Assembly (NCBI GenBank): GCA_977020255.1
Contig: CDROCS010000122.1
Location: 124,001-188,000 of the forward strand
Reading direction: 5' to 3'
Length of the DNA: 64,000 nt
Origin: Obrimoposthia wandeli
Lineage: Eukaryota
The notes beneath the pieces were generated by a model. That model searched no databases. It was given only the letters and a program-made list of their open reading frames with translations, and had not been told where the DNA came from. Below are positions 1 to 9,985 of the stretch, in pieces (positions within the stretch are counted from its first letter, which is position 1; each line of letters starts with the position of its first letter). A program made the position numbers and the translations under genes.

Positions 1-1135
1 AGCGATAAACGAAAAAGCCTACCCCGCTGAAATTGCGGGTATGTCATATAATTTATACGCGCATCAAGGCGGTGTAACACTGCAACTGTCTGGCTTCAGT
101 GAAAAACAGCCCTTATTGATGAAGTTGATATTGGAATGCTTTGCCAGCCGTAAATTCGATAAAGATCGTTTCACGAACATCAAAGCACAAATGCTACGTA
201 ACTGGCGTAATGCGGCAGAAGATAAGCCCATCTCACAGCTTTTTAATGAGCTTACTGGCTTACTTCAACCCAATAACCCGCCCTACCCGGTATTAATTGA
301 AGCACTTGAATCTATCGATGTTGATGAGCTTCCGTCTTTTGTTGAATCAATGTTTGCAGAGCTGCACATTGATACCTTTGTTTACGGAAATTGGTTAAAA
401 GAAGACACGCTAAAGTTAGCTGAAATACTGAAAGATGCATTCCGTGTTACCGATCAGCTTTATGGCGAATCCCAACGACCACTGGTTCAGCTTAATAAGT
501 CAGGTACGCTACATTACGAAATCAATGGCAAGCATGCCGATTCCGCGATTCTAATGTATTACCAATCACGTGAAGTTACCCCGCGTAAAATTGCGGTATA
601 CACGTTAGCCAATCATTTAATGTCGACAACGTTCTTCCATGAGCTAAGAACGAAGCAACAGTTAGGCTATATGGTCGGTACCGCCAATTTACCCCTAAAC
701 CGTCACCCCGGTTTAATTTTATATATTCAATCTCCAGTAGCGGGTCCACTACTGTTATCTGAGGCTATCGACGATTTTACCAATGCCTTCTCGCTCGTAT
801 TATTAGAGCTAAATGAAGAACAATGGCTAGCAAGTAAACAAGGGCTAATCGCGCAAATCTCAGAGCCTGATACCAACCTTCGTAGCCGTGCGCAGCGGTT
901 CTGGGTCAGCATCGGCAATAAAGACGAAACATTTAGCCAGCGTAAAAACGTCGTTGAAGCACTCAAAAATGTAAGCCGTGCCGATATGGTGCGATTTATC
1001 GTCGATATTATAAAACCACGTACCGCAAACCGTGTAGTGATGCATTACCAAGGCCAAGCACATCAAAACTTTGAACCGTTGGATATAGGTCAACCCATTG
1101 AATCAATAACTGAGTTCCAGCAAAACGCACGTTAA
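1..1135 (+). CDS. M16 (insulinase/pitrilysin-like) zinc peptidase, C-terminal part; 5' end outside the window
   Basis: The frame is open from base 2 (AINEKAYPAEIAGM...). It contains the M16 C-terminal motif FFHELRTKQQLGYMV. The HxxEH active site would lie upstream. Confidence 0.85.
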   Translation, partial: AINEKAYPAEIAGMSYNLYAHQGGVTLQLSGFSEKQPLLMKLILECFASRKFDKDRFTNIKAQMLRNWRNAAEDKPISQLFNELTGLLQPNNPPYPVLIEALESIDVDELPSFVESMFAELHIDTFVYGNWLKEDTLKLAEILKDAFRVTDQLYGESQRPLVQLNKSGTLHYEINGKHADSAILMYYQSREVTPRKIAVYTLANHLMSTTFFHELRTKQQLGYMVGTANLPLNRHPGLILYIQSPVAGPLLLSEAIDDFTNAFSLVLLELNEEQWLASKQGLIAQISEPDTNLRSRAQRFWVSIGNKDETFSQRKNVVEALKNVSRADMVRFIVDIIKPRTANRVVMHYQGQAHQNFEPLDIGQPIESITEFQQNAR

Positions 1136-1212
1136 AGCTAGCGACTTTTACAACCTTCATTACGGCATTTATGCAGTAATGAATACGTATATAGAAGGAT
1201 ATAAGCACTTAT

Positions 1213-1252
1213 AAAAAAGGTCTGCCGCTATAAGAAACAGGGCAGACCTTTT
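1213..1252. terminator. Bidirectional intrinsic terminator between the convergent peptidase and fadJ
   Basis: AAAAGGTCTGCC ... GGCAGACCTTTT inverted repeat with A/T tails. Confidence 0.75.
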
Positions 1253-1301
1253 GAATGCACATTTTGAATAACAAATGGCACATATTCAGATTTTATAGGC
1301 G

Positions 1302-3449
1302 CTATGAATAGAAAGATTGCTCTTCATTCGCCATCGCAACCAACTTATTACACGGTGCAAAACGCTTACCGTATTTGTCTGAATGATCCTTCAGCATTTC
1401 GACTACCCTTTTAGCCCCCAACGTATCCATATAACGGAATGGACCACCAAGGAATGGCGGAAAGCCAATGCCGAAGATTGCGCCGATATCACCATCACGT
1501 GCTGATTTAATAACACCTTCATCAAGGCATCGTGCCGCTTCATTCAACATCATTAGCGTACATCGCAGCGCAATATCTTGCCCCGCAGCTTTTTGCGATG
1601 GCTCTAGAGAAAGCAGCTTATAAACACTTTTATCGACTTCTTTCTTCTTCGTATTGTATAGGTAGAATCCTTTGCCGCTCTTACGTCCTTTACGACCATC
1701 ACTCAGTAATAGATCGAACACATCAGGCGCTTTAAATCGTTCGCCTAATTCAGCCAATAATATCGGGCTGATCTTCGCACCAATATCGACACCGACTTCA
1801 TCAAGCAAGGTTATCGGCCCTACAGGGAAACCGAAATCCAATAATGAACGATCGATATGTTCGATAGGCTCACCGCTTAATAACACGGCAGCGGCTTCAT
1901 TCATATATGGCGCTAAAATGCGGTTAACATAAAAACCCGCTTTATCAGCGACAACAATGGGGGTTTTACCCTGCTTCTTCGCCAAAGCAACAACCGTTGC
2001 GATGGTTTGATCAGAGGTCGCTCCCCCATTTTCAGTGCCTTCATGGGGAATAACTTCAACCAATGGCATTTTTTCTACTGGGCTGAAATAGTGTAAACCC
2101 ACCACATTTTCAGGTCGCTCTGCTGCAGCGGCGATTTGATGAATAGGCAATGACGATGTATTACTCGCAAAAATCGTGTCATCCGATGTTTGCTGCTCAA
2201 TGTCTTTTACCATTTGGTGTTTTAAATTGATGTCTTCAAATACCGCTTCTATCACCACATCGACATTCGCGAATCCAGTGAATGTTGTTCCACCCGTAAT
2301 ACTGAACATTTGGCTTTGTAGCTCAGCTTTACTAATGATTCGGCGTTTATATTGCTTGTCGAGTAACTTGAAATTATAAACGAGGGCATTTTTAATGCCT
2401 TCATTTGATATGTCTTTAATTCGAACTGGGTAGCCGGCTTTCGTTGCCGTTACATGGCTGATACCACCACCCATTAAGCCACCACCTAGCACACCCACCT
2501 TCTTGATTGTTGCAGGTTGCGCATCAGAACCTGATTCTTTTTTCATGGCTGTTGTAGCAAAAAATATACTGCGTAAAGCGGCTGATTCAGACGTCATCAC
2601 CAGCTCACCAAAACACTTGGCTTCTTCCACTAAACCTTTCTTCATACCGTGTTGCAGACCATATTTAATCACATCTAAAATGGCATCTGCAGCAGGGTAA
2701 TTTCCGCGCGTTTTTTCATGGGTTTTCTTCGCAGCTTGATCAAAAACAACAGAACGACCCAGTGCATTACCGCCCAAAGCCCACTCTTGGAATGAGCTTT
2801 TGTGTTTTGGCTTACTTTTTAGGGCTTGTTTTTCAGCGATATCAAGCAAGATACTTAATGGCACTACTTCTTCGACAATACCCAGTTTTTTCGCTTTCTT
2901 TGCACGTAGCTGTTTGCCCGTTAGAATCATATCTAACGCATTAGCCACGCCAATTAAACGCGGTAAACGCTGTGTACCACCAGACCCTGGCAGTAAACCT
3001 AATTGTACTTCTGGCAGACCTAAGCGCGTTTTATCATCATCACTACATACTCGGCTATGACAAGCTAAAGCGAGCTCTAAGCCACCGCCTAAACAAGGGC
3101 CATGAATCGCTGCTACAACATGAAACGGCAACGCTTCTAATTGACCAAATAGCTCTTGCCCTTTTGCGGCTAATTGCTGCGCTTCATCTGCCGTTTGGCA
3201 TGCTGCCAGCATTCGAATATCTGCGCCAGCAATGAAATTATCAGGCTTGCCGGAATACACCACCATGCCTTTAACGTCTTTCTTTTCTTTCAACTGTGCC
3301 AGAACATCTGTGATTTGATCAACAAATGCAGACTGCAGCGTGTTCATTTTTTCGTTGGGTACATCAATTTTCAACCAAGCAACACCGTTATCGCCAAACG
3401 TTAGCGAGAAAGCGGAAGGTTGTGAATTTGAAGATTCATGATCTGTCAT
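1302..3449 (-). CDS. fadJ: Fatty acid oxidation complex subunit alpha (enoyl-CoA hydratase / 3-hydroxyacyl-CoA dehydrogenase)
   Basis: Crotonase motifs ([26 protein letters not shown]), NAD-binding GGGLMGGGI and [15 protein letters not shown]. Start moved to ATG 3449, which overlaps the fadI stop as TAATG. Confidence 0.95.
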   Translation of the reverse strand: MTDHESSNSQPSAFSLTFGDNGVAWLKIDVPNEKMNTLQSAFVDQITDVLAQLKEKKDVKGMVVYSGKPDNFIAGADIRMLAACQTADEAQQLAAKGQELFGQLEALPFHVVAAIHGPCLGGGLELALACHSRVCSDDDKTRLGLPEVQLGLLPGSGGTQRLPRLIGVANALDMILTGKQLRAKKAKKLGIVEEVVPLSILLDIAEKQALKSKPKHKSSFQEWALGGNALGRSVVFDQAAKKTHEKTRGNYPAADAILDVIKYGLQHGMKKGLVEEAKCFGELVMTSESAALRSIFFATTAMKKESGSDAQPATIKKVGVLGGGLMGGGISHVTATKAGYPVRIKDISNEGIKNALVYNFKLLDKQYKRRIISKAELQSQMFSITGGTTFTGFANVDVVIEAVFEDINLKHQMVKDIEQQTSDDTIFASNTSSLPIHQIAAAAERPENVVGLHYFSPVEKMPLVEVIPHEGTENGGATSDQTIATVVALAKKQGKTPIVVADKAGFYVNRILAPYMNEAAAVLLSGEPIEHIDRSLLDFGFPVGPITLLDEVGVDIGAKISPILLAELGERFKAPDVFDLLLSDGRKGRKSGKGFYLYNTKKKEVDKSVYKLLSLEPSQKAAGQDIALRCTLMMLNEAARCLDEGVIKSARDGDIGAIFGIGFPPFLGGPFRYMDTLGAKRVVEMLKDHSDKYGKRFAPCNKLVAMANEEQSFYS

Positions 3450-4759
3450 TATTCTGCCTCCAAAATCATTGCTGCACCTAGCCCACCTGCAGCACAAGCG
3501 GTATTCAATGCAAAGCCACCGCCACGACGTTGAAGCTCTCGCAGTGTTTGCGTAATCATTCGTGCGCCTGTTGCTGCAAATGGGTGACCATAGGCTAATG
3601 AACCACCAAGCACGTTGAACTTATCCATATCAATTTCACCAATCGCTTGGCTACGACCCAGTTTTTCTTCGGCAAATTTCTTTGAACCAAACATTTTCAC
3701 ATTCGCTAATGTTTGCGCAGCAAATGCTTCATGCATATCAATCAACGTAAGATCTGACAAGCTGATACCAGCACGATCCAGTGCCATTGGCGTCGCATAA
3801 GATGGCCCCATCAGCATATCTTGCTCGACACCAATCGCTGAAAATGCATAAGAACGAATATAACCTAATGGTGTAAGACCAAGCTCTTTTGCTCGGCCTT
3901 CACGCATTAACAAAATCGCCGCTGCACCATCGGTTAATGGCGTACTATTTGCTGCCGTTACAGAACCAAATTTACGGTCAAAAGCAGGACGTAGCTTGGC
4001 ATAAGACTCTAAGGTTGAGTCTTCACGAATATTATTATCTTTATCAATCCACTGGCCATACGGTTCAGGGAAAGCCGTCATCACTTCGCCACGTATTAAA
4101 CCGTCTTTCCATGCTTTAGCCGCTAACGTGTGTGAACGGTACGCCAATGCATCTTGCTCTTGACGGGTAATGCCGTGACTTTTTGCCATTTGTTCAGCGG
4201 TTTGACCCATGCTAATACCCGTTGAATATTCAGCAACAGCAGGTGGTACAGGCATAAGATCTTTAACGCTTAATGTACTAAGTAGTTTTAAACGCTTGCT
4301 CATTGTTCGTGCTTTACTCAGCGCTAACAAGGTTGCAGCTAACTTCTTTGACACGCCAATCGGCAATACTGACGATGAATCAGCACCACCAGCAATACCA
4401 ATGTCAATCGTGCCAGAAATGATACTTTCTGCCACATTCGCGGCGGCTTGAAAGCTAGTGGCACAAGCACGTGTAACACTATAAGCATCAGTGCCTATGT
4501 TCATGCCCGTACCCAGCACTATTTCTCGTGCAATATTAGGCGCTTCAGGCATTTGAACTACTTGACCAAATACAACTTGTTCAATTAATTTAGGGTCAAA
4601 ATCGAGCTCTTGAAGCATCTCATTGACAACCATTTTCCCCATATCGAGTGCAGGCACGCCATTAAAGGCAGTAGCCTGACGAGCAAACGGGGTACGTAAT
4701 CCACTTACAACGGCGATGCGCTCACCCTGACGAGTGGTGAGGTTTTGGAGACGTGTCAT
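3449..4759 (-). CDS. fadI: 3-ketoacyl-CoA thiolase
   Basis: Thiolase motifs RACATS, HEAFAAQ and GHPFAATG; adjacent to fadJ. Confidence 0.95.
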   Translation of the reverse strand: MTRLQNLTTRQGERIAVVSGLRTPFARQATAFNGVPALDMGKMVVNEMLQELDFDPKLIEQVVFGQVVQMPEAPNIAREIVLGTGMNIGTDAYSVTRACATSFQAAANVAESIISGTIDIGIAGGADSSSVLPIGVSKKLAATLLALSKARTMSKRLKLLSTLSVKDLMPVPPAVAEYSTGISMGQTAEQMAKSHGITRQEQDALAYRSHTLAAKAWKDGLIRGEVMTAFPEPYGQWIDKDNNIREDSTLESYAKLRPAFDRKFGSVTAANSTPLTDGAAAILLMREGRAKELGLTPLGYIRSYAFSAIGVEQDMLMGPSYATPMALDRAGISLSDLTLIDMHEAFAAQTLANVKMFGSKKFAEEKLGRSQAIGEIDMDKFNVLGGSLAYGHPFAATGARMITQTLRELQRRGGGFALNTACAAGGLGAAMILEAE

Positions 4760-4834
4760 CGCTACTCCTTATTAATGTTAGTTACCAGTTTAAAACTGCC
4801 GATATTGGCATGCAGAACACAAGCATATGCAATT

Positions 4835-4851
4835 TAGAGGTCAGACCACAA
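4835..4851. promoter_or_regulatory. FadR operator upstream of fadI
   Basis: TAGAGGTCAGACCACAA carries the GGTC-N-GACC core of the FadR consensus (AACTGGTCnGACCAGTT), just downstream of the predicted -10. Confidence 0.8.
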
Positions 4852-4853
4852 TA

Positions 4854-4881
4854 ATTGTAATCAAATTGTTATTAATATCAA
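4854..4881 (-). promoter_or_regulatory. sigma70 promoter of fadIJ
   Basis: Minus strand TTGATA-N16-TACAAT. Confidence 0.6.
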
Positions 4882-5110
4882 ACGAATGTTTTATTTTTGT
4901 GGAGCAGATACACTAAACATGGATCATTTATAAGATAAAATCCAAATCACCCCTCTAAAAACATATAAGATATGAATATTAGTTAAGGCAAAGAGATAAC
5001 AAAGAAATAAGTCAATACGAAGAAAGCCGATATACTGTGGAGGAATGGTTTGGGGAAGCTAAAGCAAGCTGGTACAAGTTAACATTTGCACTCTATACTT
5101 TTCTTTAGAC

Positions 5111-5138
5111 AAAAAAAAACCATACCCTAAGGTATGGT
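5111..5138 (-). terminator. Orphan intrinsic terminator on the minus strand
   Basis: Minus strand ACCATACC-TTAG-GGTATGGT followed by a T run. No annotated minus-strand gene ends here. Confidence 0.75.
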
Positions 5139-5325
5139 CACTATTGTATAGACAGTTAAAAACTATCTAATCTAAGTATTAAGTCAATCAACATAAAGCC
5201 AATTGCAAATCAGGATAAACCTGATAAGAGAAAGTAAAGTCAGCCTTCAAAAGGAAGTTGTCATCTTGCTCAACAGACGATAAACACAGAATGTAATACT
5301 GTTCCACAGAAACTACATTCGTACT
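5111..5325 (-). ncRNA. Candidate sRNA divergent from the ECF sigma gene
   Basis: Lies between an ECF-like promoter (5331-5358) and the orphan terminator and contains internal hairpins. Inferred only; no family recognised. Confidence 0.4.
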
Positions 5326-5330
5326 CATCA

Positions 5331-5358
5331 TCAGATGACAGGGACTACTATAACTTCC
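5331..5358 (-). promoter_or_regulatory. ECF/sigmaE-type promoter
   Basis: Minus strand GGAAGTT-N16-TCTGA, one mismatch from the RpoE consensus GGAACTT-N16-TCTGA. Confidence 0.45.
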
Positions 5359-5477
5359 CGCTGAAGTCAGAGTTTGAACCAGATCAATTTTATGGCTGAT
5401 TATTCATTTATTCGCGCATCCGATGAAAAAAAACGAACAATAGTCGCGATGTCGACACCAAGTTAACGGGCAAATTC

Positions 5478-6050
5478 ATGATTAAACAATTTTTCCGTAA
5501 GAAAACGCCAGATGCCACGGTCTCTGTAGATATGAATAAACAAAGACGTTATGAAGCCCTTGTCAGGGCGTGGCATCGAGACTTATACCGTTATGCATAT
5601 TGGTTATGCCATGATCCTCATATAGCAGAAGATCTGGTACAAGAAACATGCTTAAGGGCTTGGCGTTCTTTAGATAGCCTACAAGATGACAAAGCAGCGA
5701 AATCATGGTTGATTACAATTTTACGCCGGGAAAATGCACGGCGCTTTGAGCGTAAACAACTCGATCTTGTCGACATAGATGACTATGCCATTGCTGATCC
5801 CCACCAACAGGGAACAGAAATGGAAATGGAACAACAAATGTTGCACCGTCAAATTATGAAGCTCGCACCTGAATATCGTGAGCCTCTGGTTTTACAAGTT
5901 ATGGCCGGTTTTAATGGTGATGAAATTGCAAAAATATTGGGGTTAAACCGTAACACGGTGATGACGCGTTTATTTCGCGCAAGAAATCAGTTAAAAGACC
6001 AAATAGAAAAGCAATCTGAGCGGAGGGATCACCACAATGGACGATCTTGA
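5478..6050 (+). CDS. ECF-family sigma-70 factor
   Basis: Region 2 (AEDLVQETCLRAW, SWLITI) and region 4 (YREPLVLQ...EIAKILG...TVMTRLFRAR); 190 aa. Confidence 0.92.
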   Translation: MIKQFFRKKTPDATVSVDMNKQRRYEALVRAWHRDLYRYAYWLCHDPHIAEDLVQETCLRAWRSLDSLQDDKAAKSWLITILRRENARRFERKQLDLVDIDDYAIADPHQQGTEMEMEQQMLHRQIMKLAPEYREPLVLQVMAGFNGDEIAKILGLNRNTVMTRLFRARNQLKDQIEKQSERRDHHNGRS

Positions 6051-6750
6051 ATTCCGTCGTCGAATTTTGGCTGATCCAAACGATAACAGCCCAGATTTGT
6101 CGACAGCCAGAAATGAATCAATAGTCAATCGAAAGTTATACGACGAACTATTGCAATTAGATGCCCAGCTAGAAAAAACCATGAAGGTCGATGTACCCGA
6201 TGACTTAGCCGATCGCATTCTATTTCATCAATCAGGGCAACCTAACGAAAAACCCAAAAATAATCGTTTCCATATGGCTATTGCGGCATCCGTTGCGTTA
6301 GTAGTCGGCATTATGATCGGTCAGTTTAATCACTTTGCATTACCTTCTGCACAAGCTGCGGGGATTGGGCAAATTGCGCTGCAACATGTCCACACCGAAG
6401 CGCCTTTTGTTAATACTGTTGATGAGTCTGTTAGCTTGCAACAAGTAAACGCAAAATTATTACCCTTTGGCCCTAGCTTAAGCGATTTACCTGGACATGT
6501 ATCCTATGTAAACCACTGCGGGTTTGGTGACAAAAATGCATTACACATGGTAATGGATACACCGCAGGGTAAAGTCACGGTTTTCATCGTACCTGAAGTA
6601 AGCAAAACCATGACGGCATTTAACGATAAGCAAATGGATGGCATTGTGATGCCGATTAAAAATGCGAGCTTAATCGTGGTCGGTGAAAAAGGGCAAGACG
6701 TTATGCCTATTATTAAAAGCATCGAATCAGATTTACACTGGCAAATTTAA
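6037..6750 (+). CDS. DUF3379-like single-pass membrane protein, putative anti-sigma factor
   Basis: N-terminus MDDLEFRRRILADP, one TM segment (MAIAASVALVVGIMIG), overlaps the ECF stop codon. Confidence 0.75.
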   Translation: MDDLEFRRRILADPNDNSPDLSTARNESIVNRKLYDELLQLDAQLEKTMKVDVPDDLADRILFHQSGQPNEKPKNNRFHMAIAASVALVVGIMIGQFNHFALPSAQAAGIGQIALQHVHTEAPFVNTVDESVSLQQVNAKLLPFGPSLSDLPGHVSYVNHCGFGDKNALHMVMDTPQGKVTVFIVPEVSKTMTAFNDKQMDGIVMPIKNASLIVVGEKGQDVMPIIKSIESDLHWQI

Positions 6751-6793
6751 TCATCTAGTCAGCCAAAGGCTGGCTTCAAACTTTATACTGCTT

Positions 6794-6829
6794 AAAAGCC
6801 ATCATTATTTTAAATAATGATGGCTTTTT
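6794..6829 (+). terminator. Terminator of the ECF/anti-sigma operon
   Basis: AAAAGCCATCATTATTT-T-AAATAATGATGGCTTTT perfect inverted repeat. Confidence 0.75.
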
Positions 6830-6966
6830 ATTCTTATCAGTCATATCACAAGTATTTATGTTACACCTGTTGCATAATTGGCGATTACCCATCCACCACC
6901 TCACTCAATTTATGTACAATCTTCCTCGTTAAGCATTAACTAATCGATAACAATCAACAAACTAAC

Positions 6967-7006
6967 AACTGGTCAGATTTGATAGACTGGCTAACACTCT
7001 TACAAT
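6967..7006 (+). promoter_or_regulatory. FadR operator overlapping the sigma70 promoter of the first fadL
   Basis: AACTGGTCAGATTTGAT (6967-6983, left half perfect) overlaps TTGATA(6979)-N16-TACAAT(7001). Confidence 0.7.
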
Positions 7007-7067
7007 CATCCGCGATCTATCAATATAGATAGACATGCAGTGTAAATGATTAGGAATAATAATAAAT

Positions 7068-8294
7068 ATGAACAAGAAGCGTCTGTTTACTAAAACGATG
7101 ATTGCTGCAGCAATCACACTAACATCTCAGCAAGCCCTTGCTGCTGGTTTCCAAGTTAACGCACAATCAGCAACCGGCCTGGGTCGCGCATTTGCTGGTG
7201 ACGCCGTTATTGCTGATAACGCATCAGTAATGTCACGTAACGCCGCGGCAATGTCTTTATTCGATGCACCATCACTATCGTTAGGTATTAACGTTATTGA
7301 TTCAGATATCGATGTTAAAGATGCAACATACACCAATGGATTTACTGGTGTTTCTTCATTAGAAGATCAATCAACTGGTGCTTCATCTTTAGTACCAAAC
7401 TTTTATTATATTCATCCAATTAATGACCAGTGGGCTGTTGGTGCTAGCATCTATTCAAACTTTGGTACCAAAACTGAATTTAGTAGCGACTACCCTGCAA
7501 ATGAATATGGCGGTTTAACCGACGTTAAAAGCATGAACTTTGGTTTAAGTGCTTCATACCGTATTAACCAGCAATGGAGTGTCGGTGCTGGTTTAGACAT
7601 CGTCTACGGCGAAGGTAAGCTTCAACGAAATGATCCAATACTTGAACAGAAATTCGGTGGAAAAGTATTAGATGTTGATGCAGACGGTGTTGGCTTTGGC
7701 TGGAATATTGGTACAGTATTTGAGCTAGATGACCGCAACCGTTTCGGTCTATCATACCGCTATAGCCCTGAGCTAGAAACTGAAGGTGATATGACTTATG
7801 GTGGACAAGATATTAGCTCTCAAAAATTGCTAATGCCTTTACCTGATATGGCTGAATTTTCTGGTTTCCACAAGCTAAACGATCTATTTGCCGTTCACTA
7901 CAGCGTACAGTGGATTGGCTGGAGTGCATTCGACAAGTTAGCAACCGACGGTGGTGTTACACTTAATGACTACGAATGGCAAGACGGCTGGCACTATGCG
8001 TTAGGTGGTACTTACTACCTAAACAATGATTGGACACTACGTGCTGGTTACATGTACGACACCAGCGCACAAGATCAAAAAACATCGATATCTGTACCAG
8101 ATTCCGATCGTCAATGGTTCTCAGGTGGCTTTACCTATCACCTAGATGCCAAATCTAACATTGATTTCGGTCTAACTTATCTAGTAGGGCAAGATGTAGA
8201 TGTTAAAGAGAGTACTCCTGGCTACTCAAGCATCACAGCTACAACTCACGCAAACGCATTACTATACGGTATTCAGTACAGCCGTTCGTTCTAA
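7068..8294 (+). CDS. fadL: Long-chain fatty acid outer membrane transporter, copy 1
   Basis: Signal peptide, AGFQV...SATGLGRAFAG hatch motif, NAA motif, C-terminal Phe. Confidence 0.9.
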   Translation: MNKKRLFTKTMIAAAITLTSQQALAAGFQVNAQSATGLGRAFAGDAVIADNASVMSRNAAAMSLFDAPSLSLGINVIDSDIDVKDATYTNGFTGVSSLEDQSTGASSLVPNFYYIHPINDQWAVGASIYSNFGTKTEFSSDYPANEYGGLTDVKSMNFGLSASYRINQQWSVGAGLDIVYGEGKLQRNDPILEQKFGGKVLDVDADGVGFGWNIGTVFELDDRNRFGLSYRYSPELETEGDMTYGGQDISSQKLLMPLPDMAEFSGFHKLNDLFAVHYSVQWIGWSAFDKLATDGGVTLNDYEWQDGWHYALGGTYYLNNDWTLRAGYMYDTSAQDQKTSISVPDSDRQWFSGGFTYHLDAKSNIDFGLTYLVGQDVDVKESTPGYSSITATTHANALLYGIQYSRSF

Positions 8295-8326
8295 TTTCAG
8301 CGAACATATAACTGACTATTTGTATT

Positions 8327-8351
8327 AAGGGAGCCTAAGGCTCCCTTTTTT
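8327..8351 (+). terminator. Intrinsic terminator after fadL copy 1
   Basis: AAGGGAGCC-TAA-GGCTCCCTT followed by a T run. Confidence 0.8.
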
Positions 8352-8650
8352 ATGACCCATTCAATGCATTGTTTATAGCCATAAAAAGCACATTTATAAC
8401 AAAAAACAATCAATCACCTCTTACTTTCAGAGTACAGCTGAACGCTGAAACACGCTTTTACATACACACGTGTACGCCCAATTATCATCATTTAAAAAAA
8501 ATTGATGCTAATTTCATCGCATTATCACCACTAACTTTCGATTAATTAGCATAAACGTCCAATTAGTGCGCGATAACGAATAAAGAAATGAAGTATTTAC
8601 CCTAAGTAGTATTATTCGCGGTATTAGAATTCAGCGAACAAAGCAGAACA

Positions 8651-9871
8651 ATGAATAAGAATAAAATAACATTATCTTTAGCAGCAGCGTTAATACTGGG
8701 CATGAGTGCCAATACAATGGCGGCTGGTTTTCAACTTGCAGAATATTCAGCAACAGGCTTAGGCCGTGCGTTTGCTGGTGAAGCTGCAATGGCAGACAAT
8801 GCTGGCGCACAATTTCGCAACCCAGCAATGCTGACGTACCTTGAAGGTACACAAGTATCAATGGGTGCTATTTATGTCGATCCAAATATCGATGTTGATG
8901 GGTCAGTCAATGGTACACAAACAAAAGCCAGCGATATTGCAAACTCAGCCGTTATCCCTAACTTCTATTTATCCCACCAGCTTAACGACAAAGTCTTCCT
9001 GGGTTTAGCGTTCGGTACGAACTACGGCATGGAAACGGAACTAGCGGGTGATTACCAAGCTACACAGTTTGGTAATCAAGCAAAAGTAATGTCGATTGAA
9101 ATTAACCCTAACATTGCTTACAAAATTAATGAGCAGTTTAGTGTGGGTGGTGGTATTCGTTACGTTATAGGTGAAGGTCACTTTGGTGCCGCATTACCGA
9201 ACAACGGACCTGACCTTAAGTACATGGAAGGTGATGATACATCGTGGGGCTGGCAACTAGGTACAGCATGGCAAATCAATGAGAATAACCGTATTGGTTT
9301 CAACTACCGTTCTGAAGTTGAACTAAACCTTAGTGGTAGTGCTTCAGGTCTGGTTTACGGTGGTAAAACACAGCCTGGTAGTATGGATTTGACACTTCCA
9401 GCAACCGCTGAATTAGCAAGCTTCCACCAGCTAACAGACAAAGTAGCAGTACACGCTAGCTTTAACTGGACAGATTGGAGCAGCTTTGAAAAATTGGAAG
9501 CAAATATCCCGTCTTACTCTTCGTCTCCCGATCTGATTAAAGAAGAAAACTGGGAAGATAATTACCGTTTAGCAGTGGGTACAACTTACCAATACACGAA
9601 CAAGCTCGTGCTGCGCTCAGGTATTGCTTACGATACATCAGCAGTAAGTGATGAGCACCGTACACAAACGATTCCAGAAACTGACCGTCTATGGTTAAGT
9701 GTGGGTGCTGGTTATAACTGGTCACAAAACCTAACACTTGATGCAGGCTTGACTTACATCTTTGCCAAAGATGCACCAATGAACGAAGTGGACCCAAGCC
9801 TTGGACAATTTAAAGGTGAAACCACTGGTAACATATGGCTTGTTGGTATACAAGCAAGCTACCGCTTCTAA
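8651..9871 (+). CDS. fadL: FadL/OmpP1-family outer membrane transporter, copy 2
   Basis: AGFQLAEYSATGLGRAFAGE motif, NPA motif, C-terminal YRF. Confidence 0.9.
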   Translation: MNKNKITLSLAAALILGMSANTMAAGFQLAEYSATGLGRAFAGEAAMADNAGAQFRNPAMLTYLEGTQVSMGAIYVDPNIDVDGSVNGTQTKASDIANSAVIPNFYLSHQLNDKVFLGLAFGTNYGMETELAGDYQATQFGNQAKVMSIEINPNIAYKINEQFSVGGGIRYVIGEGHFGAALPNNGPDLKYMEGDDTSWGWQLGTAWQINENNRIGFNYRSEVELNLSGSASGLVYGGKTQPGSMDLTLPATAELASFHQLTDKVAVHASFNWTDWSSFEKLEANIPSYSSSPDLIKEENWEDNYRLAVGTTYQYTNKLVLRSGIAYDTSAVSDEHRTQTIPETDRLWLSVGAGYNWSQNLTLDAGLTYIFAKDAPMNEVDPSLGQFKGETTGNIWLVGIQASYRF

Positions 9872-9905
9872 AGCCCAGCAAACATCAATCTAAAAAGTTA
9901 TTAAT

Positions 9906-9935
9906 AAAAAAGCGACCTATTTGGTCGCTTTTTTT
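9906..9935. terminator. Bidirectional terminator between fadL copy 2 and mlaA
   Basis: AAAAAAGCGACC-TATTT-GGTCGCTTTTTT. Confidence 0.8.
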
Positions 9936-9985
9936 AACCCATCAATATCTCTGCTCTTAGATACTAAAACTCTGGGCACTTAAAT

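Noticed and set aside
5196-5260. TTTGCAATTGG and ACTTCC on the minus strand, resembling GcvB segments
   Set aside because: The matches are short, the G/U-rich R1 region is missing and there is no adjacent gcvA.
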